Positions 57,004 through 64,000 of a stretch of 64,000 nt of DNA are shown here, piece after piece. Location of the stretch: contig CAZKPB010000006.1 in the NCBI GenBank assembly GCA_964554535.1, positions 39,768 to 103,767 on the forward strand, in the 5' to 3' direction. The notes beneath the pieces are model-generated. The model saw nothing but the letters and a program-made list of their open reading frames with translations, did not search any database and was not told the DNA's origin. Made by a program: the position numbers and the translations under genes. Source of the DNA: an uncultured Muribaculaceae bacterium (GTDB taxonomy: Bacteria > Bacteroidota > Bacteroidia > Bacteroidales > UBA932). Each line of letters opens with the position of its first letter. The first letter of the stretch is position 1.

Positions 57004-57011
57004 TACCTTTG
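57004..57011 (+). promoter_or_regulatory. -7 promoter box (tacctttg) upstream of ssrA
   Basis: Exact TAnnTTTG, 15 nt upstream of the mature tmRNA 5' end at 57027. Confidence 0.5.
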
Positions 57012-57026
57012 CCCCATACTTTCAAT

Positions 57027-57424
57027 GGGGATGTTTTGGTTTTGACAGCAGTAGACATTGGAAGGTAAGCACGTGGAGCGTTGGGCTTTTGCTCCTTAAT
57101 CTGAAAACCCGAGCCATAACTGGCAATACTAATTACGCACTCGCTGCCTAATCAACCCAAGGTTGATGGCTTAATCCCTCCGGGCAAGGCTCGGAGCGAC
57201 GAGTATCCCGCCAACGTTTGGGCCCGCCGGGCTTTGGCATATGGGGTATCATCCACGGGGGGCTGGTTGTGTCCACTCTCCTAAAACACAATAAGAAAAC
57301 AGGAGATAAGGTTGAAATGGCCCGCCTGCAGGCAGTTTCCTCCCTACAATCAATTGCGGGATAAACGTGTAGAAAACCTTTGGGTGCGCTGTTTGGACGG
57401 CGGTTCGAATCCGCCCATCTCCAC
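57027..57424 (+). ncRNA. ssrA: tmRNA (transfer-messenger RNA), tag peptide GNTNYALAA
   Basis: The 5' ggggatg pairs with the 3' catctcc (acceptor stem), followed by discriminator a. T-arm ggcggttcgaatccgcc. Conserved ggttttgacagc and ggtaagca blocks. Tag ORF ggc aat act aat tac gca ctc gct gcc taa at 57122-57151. CCA is not fully encoded, so the 3' end is accurate to about 1 nt. Confidence 0.93.
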
Positions 57425-57436
57425 TTTTTGTGTTTA

Positions 57437-58390
57437 ATGGCCCAACATATGAAAAGACTGTTATTTATCTTTGGATTGCTTGCGTTGGGCTTGGGCACCG
57501 TTTCCTGCCGTACCGGCTTCTGGGAGCCGCACGGGCTTGACACCTTTGACCCGGAGGGCAACCCTCTGGGTCGTTACACATTCACCTATAATGAGGTCGG
57601 TCTGCGTCATACGGAAAACGGGGAGCACTGGGACGCCTCGGCCGGACAGTGGATAACTGACTACCGTATCTCCTACTCTTATAATTCCGAGGGCATTCGC
57701 ATAGGCGCCCTTACAGAAATTCACGACGCACCACTCAATGAATGGATCCCCTCGCAACGCATTTTATACTCTTACCTGTACAACGGGGCGTTGCACTCTG
57801 AGAGCTGCCAGTTGTGGCAAGATGGCGTTTGGACGGACTCTTACGTGGACCGCTATGTATATGACGGCGACGGGGTGCAGTTGTATGTGGAGCGCAGTAT
57901 ATGGGACACTTTGAAAGTAACGCGCGATTTCAATCTCAGAGGCTTTATTTCGGTAAACGCCCACGTGCAGGCACAGCAGACCGGCTGGAAAAATTTGGTA
58001 AGAGACGCCTTTGTCTACAACAGCCAGAATGAAATAATTGGCGGCATAGTGCAGGAATGGCAACCCGCCTCGCAAACCTGGCAAGACGCCTTCCGCTACC
58101 TGTATACCAAAGACAACAAGGGCAACATTCTATATGAGTCGGAAGAACAGTGGAAGAAAGAGACAGGCCTGTGGGTCTCTCTGGGACGGTACGTATACAC
58201 CTACGATGCGCACAACAACTGCACGGAATGCCGTTACCAGCCGTTTAACCGGCAAGAGCGCAACACGTATCTTATTTTCTACTACAACAATACTTCTTCT
58301 GTATTGGGCTACTACCTTGGAGACAGCGGGCTGTATCCGGGAACAAGAGGCACTGTTACTTACCACAGGCAACACGCAACCCAGCAATAA
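57437..58390 (+). CDS. Lipoprotein built of ~31-residue YD-like repeats, function unknown
   Basis: ATG at 57437 or 57449 (MKRLLFIFGLLALGLGTVSC lipobox); the track start at 57380 lies inside the tmRNA. Seven R-Y-x-[FY]-x-Y-[ND]..G...W...W units. Confidence 0.75.
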   Translation: MAQHMKRLLFIFGLLALGLGTVSCRTGFWEPHGLDTFDPEGNPLGRYTFTYNEVGLRHTENGEHWDASAGQWITDYRISYSYNSEGIRIGALTEIHDAPLNEWIPSQRILYSYLYNGALHSESCQLWQDGVWTDSYVDRYVYDGDGVQLYVERSIWDTLKVTRDFNLRGFISVNAHVQAQQTGWKNLVRDAFVYNSQNEIIGGIVQEWQPASQTWQDAFRYLYTKDNKGNILYESEEQWKKETGLWVSLGRYVYTYDAHNNCTECRYQPFNRQERNTYLIFYYNNTSSVLGYYLGDSGLYPGTRGTVTYHRQHATQQ

Positions 58391-58399
58391 TTCCCGGTT

Positions 58400-61129
58400 A
58401 TGGAGTCTTTTTTAAGTATAGTTGCCGCTTCACTGTATGAGAAATTTGGAGATGGCATCTCCCATTGCTGTCTGGTATTTCCCGGTAGGCGTGCCCGACT
58501 GTTTTTCAACAAGGCCCTGTCAGAAAAGCTTGCCCATACCGTTTGGCAACCCGCCTCAATGGGCATTTCCCAACTTGTAGAACAACTTACGGAACAAAAA
58601 GCGGACAATCCCCTTTATTTAGTAAGTGTACTCTACAAGTCATACTGTAAATTTGTACCCGCCCCAAGGGCCTTTGACGAATTTTACACGCTGGGACGGC
58701 TTATGTTGCAGGATTTTGACATGCTGGACAAATACTATGTGGACCCTCACAAACTTTACCGCAACATAAAGGAATACAAAGATATAGAGCAGAACTACGA
58801 CTTCCTTACCGACAAGCAGCTGGAGTGCGTACGGTCATTCTGGGACTCTTTCAACCAACATCCCAACCACGATTTAAACCGGCAGTTTATGGCGTTGTGG
58901 GACACCCTGCCCAAAATTTACGATGACTTCAACGCCTCCCTGACCGCCACGGGCCATTCGTATGAAGGAGGGCTTTACCGTTTGATGGCCCATAACCTTC
59001 ATTCAGACAAGAGCCACACCTTTTTTGACCGTTACACCACCTTTGCCTTTATTGGTTTCAACGCACTGAACCCGTGCGAACAAGCCTTGTTCCGCAAACT
59101 GCAGGACAAAAAGAAAGCCTTGTTTTACTGGGATTACGACGTGCACTACACGCAAGACAAAGATCAATTGCAGGAAGCCGGAATGTTTATGCGCGAAAAC
59201 CTTAGAAAATTCCCTCCGGAAGTGGTGTTCACCCAAAAAGACAGTGGCCTGCTCCAACCCGGAGAGTGGGAAGTATTGCCCGTGCCCTCTTACGTACTGC
59301 AAGCCAAGATGGTTCCGCAACTGCTTACGCAGCACCGGTTACCCCGTGATACCCGTACTGCCGTTGTGCTGGCCGATGAAGAACTGCTGCTTCCGCTGCT
59401 GCACGCTCTGGCTCCGCAGGAACAGGAAGCAGATGCGCAAGAGCCGCTGTCCCTTAACGTGACAATGGGCTTCCCTTTCAAGCAGACCCTGCTGTTCTCG
59501 CTGTTTGAACAAATGGCCGCAAACAACCTCAAAACGCTGCGTTTCCACCCATACGTAAGTGCGCTGGATTTATACAAAGACATAGACACTCCGGCCAACG
59601 ACCCCAAAGAATTTACGACCAAACTGCTCTATGTAATTGACCGTCTGCAGGAGGAAAGCGACAAATTGCCGGAAGACAAGATGCGGAACGCCGTATTGCG
59701 GGAAGGACGCAAACAGATAAATCGGTTGTACGCTGCCGTAACCGGGCTGGAAGTGGAAGTGAACGTCAAAATGTTTACCCGCCTGTTGCTCACACATCTT
59801 TCACAGGTAAAAATTCCCTTTAGCGGAGAGCCGCTCTGCGGACTGCAAATTATGGGTATTCTGGAAACACGGTGCCTTGATTTTGAACATGTGATACTGC
59901 TCTCGGCACAAGAAAACTTTCTGCCCAAAATATACAAGGACCATTCGCTGATTCCCTACAATTTCAAGAAAGCCTTTGGTCTACCCTCTCCCGAACAGCA
60001 TCTGGCCATGCACGCCTACTATTTTTACCGCCTGATGCAGCGCGCCCGTACCGTTACCTTTGTATACAACAACAAGACCGAAGGCAGTTCAAAAGGGGAA
60101 ATCAGCCGTTTTATACGCCAGATGTCTTTTGAGCTACCCCACAACAAAATAGTTCAGTCCCGCTTGAGTTATCAGTTGTCACTTCCGTCAACCGAGGCCT
60201 TGAGCGTGCCCAAGACCGGAGCCGTACGTACCCTGCTGGAAGAATACCTGGCCCATGGCAGGAATCTATCCGTTTCCGCCCTCAAGACCTATTTGAAATG
60301 CCCTCTCTGGTTTTATTACAGAGAGTTGATGCACATCAGGGAACAGGAGCGGGAAGAGATGGACGACTCACGTCATTTTGGGAACATCCTGCACCGCGTA
60401 ATGGAAGTGCTCTACACACCGTTTCTTGGCAAAACCATGTCAAAAGAAGACCTGGAGCTCTTGTGCGCCGACGGCAAAGGACTGGCCGACCTGGTTACCC
60501 GCACGCTGGAAGAATATTATTTTTTGACTTTTGATCCGCAACACAAAACCGCGATTCCCGGAAAATGGCTGCTTATGCAGGATGCCATTACGGAATACGT
60601 CACCACTTTTGTGCAGCAAGATGCATTGCGCGCCCCCACTACTCTGCTCGCTCTGGAGGAACGGTGCACACTCCGCTTCAAGCAATGGCAGTTTACCGGC
60701 TTTCTGGACCGGGTGGAAGCACGTGAAGGCCGGGTGTACATCTGCGACTACAAGTCGGGAAAGCCCAAAAACGCCCTGAACTCCGTAGAAGATTTGTTTG
60801 ACAAGGACTACGAAAAACAGAACGACCACATTTTTCAGGTGCTTTTCTACTGTTTCTTAAGTCCTTATGCTACAGGGAAACCTGTCCCCAGATTGTACTA
60901 TATGCGCGGACTGTACGACACCGGTGCGTCTGACGGAAGGCTGATGTATCAGAAAGCTCCACTGGACGATACCGACCCTGTAAAAGACGATTTTTTGGCC
61001 GAATTGGAAGCACTGTTGGCAGAAATATTTAATTTTGAATTACCTTTTTATCAGGCTACCAATCCCAAATCGTGTACATATTGCCCCTTTGTACCTATTT
61101 GTCAAAGAGATAGATCAGATGCTAACTAA
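58400..61129 (+). CDS. AddB-like PD-(D/E)XK nuclease family protein with a C-terminal Fe-S cysteine motif
   Basis: 909 aa. The C-terminal nuclease module has ICDYKSGKP (D-x-K) and CTYCPFVPIC (CxxCx5C), as in AddB/Cas4-type nucleases. The N-terminal region has no recognisable Walker A (CLVFPGRRARLFF). Confidence 0.75.
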   Translation: MESFLSIVAASLYEKFGDGISHCCLVFPGRRARLFFNKALSEKLAHTVWQPASMGISQLVEQLTEQKADNPLYLVSVLYKSYCKFVPAPRAFDEFYTLGRLMLQDFDMLDKYYVDPHKLYRNIKEYKDIEQNYDFLTDKQLECVRSFWDSFNQHPNHDLNRQFMALWDTLPKIYDDFNASLTATGHSYEGGLYRLMAHNLHSDKSHTFFDRYTTFAFIGFNALNPCEQALFRKLQDKKKALFYWDYDVHYTQDKDQLQEAGMFMRENLRKFPPEVVFTQKDSGLLQPGEWEVLPVPSYVLQAKMVPQLLTQHRLPRDTRTAVVLADEELLLPLLHALAPQEQEADAQEPLSLNVTMGFPFKQTLLFSLFEQMAANNLKTLRFHPYVSALDLYKDIDTPANDPKEFTTKLLYVIDRLQEESDKLPEDKMRNAVLREGRKQINRLYAAVTGLEVEVNVKMFTRLLLTHLSQVKIPFSGEPLCGLQIMGILETRCLDFEHVILLSAQENFLPKIYKDHSLIPYNFKKAFGLPSPEQHLAMHAYYFYRLMQRARTVTFVYNNKTEGSSKGEISRFIRQMSFELPHNKIVQSRLSYQLSLPSTEALSVPKTGAVRTLLEEYLAHGRNLSVSALKTYLKCPLWFYYRELMHIREQEREEMDDSRHFGNILHRVMEVLYTPFLGKTMSKEDLELLCADGKGLADLVTRTLEEYYFLTFDPQHKTAIPGKWLLMQDAITEYVTTFVQQDALRAPTTLLALEERCTLRFKQWQFTGFLDRVEAREGRVYICDYKSGKPKNALNSVEDLFDKDYEKQNDHIFQVLFYCFLSPYATGKPVPRLYYMRGLYDTGASDGRLMYQKAPLDDTDPVKDDFLAELEALLAEIFNFELPFYQATNPKSCTYCPFVPICQRDRSDAN

Positions 61130-63125
61130 AAATTCAAATAAATTACTTGTTCCGGCCGCCTTTGTACTGGCCGCATTTCTTATGATACTGGCCATGCCCA
61201 GAGAAGGACAATTCAAATACCAGTACCAGAAAGGAAGCCCGTGGATGTACAACAGTCTGGACGCTTCGTTTGATTTTCCCATTCTCAAAACCGATGAAGA
61301 AGTCCGCTTGGAAAGAGAAAAACTGCTGAAGGACTTTACCCCCTATTTCACGCTCCGGGCCGATATTGAAGCGGACCAGTTACGCACCTTTTCTCAGGAA
61401 GCCACTACGGCCGGGGTACCCAATGAAGTCAAGGATAAAGTGCTGGGGCTGCTCAAGCAGGTATACGGCGCCGGCATAATGACTCCCGTCAAATTTGCCG
61501 AGTTGAATCCGGAAGTGGGCATTGCCGTACTGCGTTCCAATGTGGCGGAAAAAGTTCCTCTTGCCAACATTTACACGCCCCAGAGCGCACTGCAGCACAT
61601 CAGTTCGCAACTGGCAAACACGCCGCTGAAGGTTGATCTCGCCTCGTACCTATCTGTAAATCTGACCTATGACCAAACCACCACCCAGGCCGTTCAGGCC
61701 GGTACCGTTCAGGATATTTCCCTGACCAAAGGCATAGTGCATACCGGACAACGCATTATCAGTCAGGGAGAAGTGGTCACCAGCAGTACAGAACAGATGC
61801 TGGACTCACTGCGCGCCGAATACCATTCCAAGATAGGCTTTTCCGGCAACATCCTGTTGCTGTTGATTGGCCAGTCCTTGATGATTGCCCTGTGTATGCT
61901 GATGACGTTTATTGTGATTCAGACCGTCCGCCCCCAAATGCTGCAATTCGTCACCGAACTCACGTTTGTCCTGTTTTTAAATGTAGTGGTGATTGCCGGA
62001 GCCTCCATTGCCTACCGCATTAATCCCAACATCCTATACCTGTTACCGTTCCCCGTCATTGTGCTCTATATTGATTCTTTTTTCCCCACCAGGGTATCGC
62101 TGCCGCTCTATATCATCTTTCTGCTTCCCCTGTTGTTTATTACGGAAAGTTATCCCATTGTAATCTGCCATCTGCTTGCCGGCGCCGTGGCCGTCTACGT
62201 ATTTCGCATCTGGGGGCACGGCTGGCAACAATTCCTGTCGGTACTCATTGTCTTCATCACCTACTTTGTCATTGACCTGGCTTTTCATCTGATATCGGAA
62301 GGCACCCTGGCCAACCTCAACTGGCTCTTGTTCCGCAGCTACGCCATTGCCTCCATTCTGATTATAGCCTGCTACCCGCTGGTCTTTCTGTTTGAGAAGT
62401 TGTTCGGTTTTGTGTCCGTCTCGCGACTGCGGGATTTGGCCGATACAGGCAACAAAATCCTGCGCGAACTGTCTGAGAAGGCCCCCGGCACCATGCAACA
62501 CGCCATGCAGGTGGCCAACCTGGCCGAGACCGCAGCCCGCCAGATCGGGGCCTACGCCCTGCTGTGCCGCGTGGGCGCGCTCTACCACGACATCGGCAAA
62601 ATAAAAAACCCGCAATACTTTGTGGAGAATCAGAATTCGGGATTCAACCCCCACTCCCTGCTCACCCCGCAGGAAAGTGCCCGCATAGTCATTCAGCACG
62701 TGGAAGACGGCATCTCGCTGGCAAAAAAATACAGCATCCCGTCATTGGTGACCCATTTTATTGCCAGCCACCATGGCCAAACCCGTACCGAATTTTTCTA
62801 CAATGCCTTCTGCGATGCCGGCGGCAATCCCTCCCACGTGGAAGAATTCACCTACACCGGCCAGCTTCCCACCTCCAAAGAACAAGTGATTGTGATGATG
62901 GCGGACGCCGTGGAAGCTTCCTGCCGCAGTCTGAAGGACTACACCCCGGACAGTATCTCACAGATGGTGGACAGTGTGGTCAAGCTGAGGGTGTCTGAAG
63001 ACCAGCTGCGTAATGCGGATATCACCTACCGCGACATTCGCCGCATTCAAGATATCTTCAAAATCCGTATTCAGGAAATATACCACAGCCGCATCACCTA
63101 CCCCGGCAGAGAAAGGTCAAAATAA
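61119..63125 (+). CDS. 7TM-receptor/HD-domain phosphohydrolase (PgpH/YqfF-like)
   Basis: Start reset to the ATG at 61119 (MLTKNSNKLLVPAAFVLAAFLMILA), overlapping the upstream gene by 11 nt. Extracytoplasmic domain, 7 TM block, then HD domain with LYHDIGK and ASHHG. Confidence 0.85.
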   Translation: MLTKNSNKLLVPAAFVLAAFLMILAMPREGQFKYQYQKGSPWMYNSLDASFDFPILKTDEEVRLEREKLLKDFTPYFTLRADIEADQLRTFSQEATTAGVPNEVKDKVLGLLKQVYGAGIMTPVKFAELNPEVGIAVLRSNVAEKVPLANIYTPQSALQHISSQLANTPLKVDLASYLSVNLTYDQTTTQAVQAGTVQDISLTKGIVHTGQRIISQGEVVTSSTEQMLDSLRAEYHSKIGFSGNILLLLIGQSLMIALCMLMTFIVIQTVRPQMLQFVTELTFVLFLNVVVIAGASIAYRINPNILYLLPFPVIVLYIDSFFPTRVSLPLYIIFLLPLLFITESYPIVICHLLAGAVAVYVFRIWGHGWQQFLSVLIVFITYFVIDLAFHLISEGTLANLNWLLFRSYAIASILIIACYPLVFLFEKLFGFVSVSRLRDLADTGNKILRELSEKAPGTMQHAMQVANLAETAARQIGAYALLCRVGALYHDIGKIKNPQYFVENQNSGFNPHSLLTPQESARIVIQHVEDGISLAKKYSIPSLVTHFIASHHGQTRTEFFYNAFCDAGGNPSHVEEFTYTGQLPTSKEQVIVMMADAVEASCRSLKDYTPDSISQMVDSVVKLRVSEDQLRNADITYRDIRRIQDIFKIRIQEIYHSRITYPGRERSK

Positions 63126-64000
63126 ATACGACAAGGCAAAAAGAAAGGTACACGCCACCATCCACTTGAACGACCGATCCACGGCCGCACCCTTTGATTT
63201 CCACAACAGGTACAAGTGTACTGCCGCTACGGGCAGCGACAACAGAAAATACAGAAAATCCTGCCTAAGGCAGGCAAATACAGCCGCACAGGCATACGCA
63301 GCAGCCACCAGACAGGTCTGATACCATTTGGCGGGCCTCTCTGCACACTGTGCAAACCGTGTACACCACCACACGGCAAAAGTGATTTTCCCTGACCGCC
63401 TGTCATTGTCTATATCACGTATATTATTGACGTTCAAAACTGCCGTAATAAGGAACCCAATGGCCGAGGCCGGCAACAGACCACCCCAATCCATCCGGTG
63501 GGTCAGCAAGTATTCGCTGCCGCAAACGCCCACCCATCCAAAGAAAAAGAACACCGCCAGATCTCCCAACCCCCGGTAACCGTAGGGCCTGCGACCTATC
63601 GTATAATAAATGGCGGCAGCCAATGACACCACCCCCAATGCCAGAAAAACCCAAAAGCCCGTCTCTCTCAAAGAGCCGAAAGAGGTCCACAGCAGGAACA
63701 GCCCGGCTCCGGCCGCCATAACCGCCGTTACCCCAATGGCCCGGATTATTGTCCTTTCACTCAAACGACCGCTCTGCAGCCCTAGAGCCTCGCGACCGGT
63801 CTGACGACAATCGGTTCCCTTGTGCCAATCACCCCATTCATTGGCCAGATTGGCCAACACCTGCAAACAGAGCGTTGTCACCGCAAGCCAAAGAGTAACC
63901 GGCAGAGAAAAACATCCGCCGTGCATTGCCAAAAAAACTCCCACTGCCACAGAAGAGAGAGACAGTGGGAGCGTTCTTGGTCTAAAAGACTGTATAAGGG
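63117..64000 (-). CDS. menA: 1,4-dihydroxy-2-naphthoate polyprenyltransferase (5' end beyond window edge)
   Basis: The track M at 63950 is a GTG. The frame stays open to the window edge and reads ...LIQSFRPRTLPLSLSSVAVGV..., the MenA N-terminal RPKTLP motif. LQVLANLANEWGDWHKGTD, RRPYGYRGLGDLAVFFFFGW and VLNVNNIRDIDNDRRSGKITF align with E. coli MenA motifs. Confidence 0.88.
   Translation of the reverse strand, partial: LIQSFRPRTLPLSLSSVAVGVFLAMHGGCFSLPVTLWLAVTTLCLQVLANLANEWGDWHKGTDCRQTGREALGLQSGRLSERTIIRAIGVTAVMAAGAGLFLLWTSFGSLRETGFWVFLALGVVSLAAAIYYTIGRRPYGYRGLGDLAVFFFFGWVGVCGSEYLLTHRMDWGGLLPASAIGFLITAVLNVNNIRDIDNDRRSGKITFAVWWCTRFAQCAERPAKWYQTCLVAAAYACAAVFACLRQDFLYFLLSLPVAAVHLYLLWKSKGAAVDRSFKWMVACTFLFALSYLF

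Noticed and set aside
56948-57561. ORFs 56948-57151 (+), 57148-57561 (-) and the first 19 codons of 57380-58390 (+).
   Set aside because: They overlap the tmRNA gene. The + ORF merely ends in the tmRNA tag reading frame (GNTNYALAA), and the others read through structured RNA.
57424-63125. A possible genomic island integrated at the 3' end of ssrA.
   Set aside because: No integrase, recombinase or phage-like gene follows. I did not notice a direct repeat of the ssrA 3' end downstream, although I could not scan exhaustively. The composition looks like the rest of the window.
63948-63950. An apparent GTG start that would make menA a truncated 277-aa protein.
   Set aside because: The reading frame is open upstream to the window edge and encodes the conserved FRPRTLPLS motif. 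The gene is simply cut by the window.
1-64000. A search for CRISPR arrays, IS elements/transposases, tRNA or rRNA genes, and toxin-antitoxin-like small gene pairs.
   Set aside because: I noticed no regularly spaced direct repeats, no transposase or integrase-like ORFs, and no cloverleaf-type sequence other than the tRNA-like ends of the tmRNA. The intergenic gaps are too short (mostly under 150 bp) to hide such elements. This was a visual inspection, not a computed scan.

Overview
This is a chromosomal, mostly housekeeping segment with the hallmarks of a Bacteroidota (Bacteroidales-like) genome. It has two tandem SusC/SusD pairs, a T9SS C-terminal sorting domain, TAnnTTTG -7 promoter boxes in most intergenic gaps, and a tmRNA whose tag ends in NYALAA.

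I call 45 genes:
- 43 CDS, including one 29-codon micro-ORF below the ORF-track cutoff and two genes truncated by the window edges (SusD at nt 1, menA at nt 64000).
- One frameshifted GH31 pseudogene.
- One tmRNA.

I also call 17 putative -7 boxes and 3 hairpins.

The ORF track translates GTG/TTG as M and takes the most upstream start. Many track N-termini are therefore over-extended, and I re-set starts where a signal peptide, a conserved N-terminus or a -7 box shows the real ATG.

Gene content:
- Two SusC/SusD loci plus a PUL lipoprotein.
- A secreted S8 protease with a FadL/PorV-like barrel.
- A tightly packed pncB-pncA-MFS-OMP-dsbD-AGCS string.
- gpsA and pgi.
- recG-yhcH-pdxA-rnhA-(GH31 pseudogene).
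- yicC and glnS.
- A thioester alpha-2-macroglobulin placed head-to-head with pbpC.
- rng, HU, mutY, an Omp85 paralog, lon, ung and coaD.
- A double thioredoxin-fold protein, a UbiD-family decarboxylase, lnt and lysE.
- ssrA, a repeat lipoprotein, an AddB-like nuclease, a PgpH-like HD protein and menA.

I saw no CRISPR array, transposase, integrase, toxin-antitoxin pair or recognisable defence island. I cannot honestly point to a convincing new multi-gene system.

The observations most worth follow-up are:
- The hyper-basic micro-ORF (bS22-like?) and the structured hairpin next to rng.
- -7 boxes placed exactly 4 nt from three ATGs, which predicts leaderless mRNAs.
- The niacin-salvage genes coupled to an MFS permease and a small barrel.
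- The S8 protease with both a lipobox and a T9SS CTD, coupled to a barrel gene.
- The repeat lipoprotein that starts 13 nt after the tmRNA.
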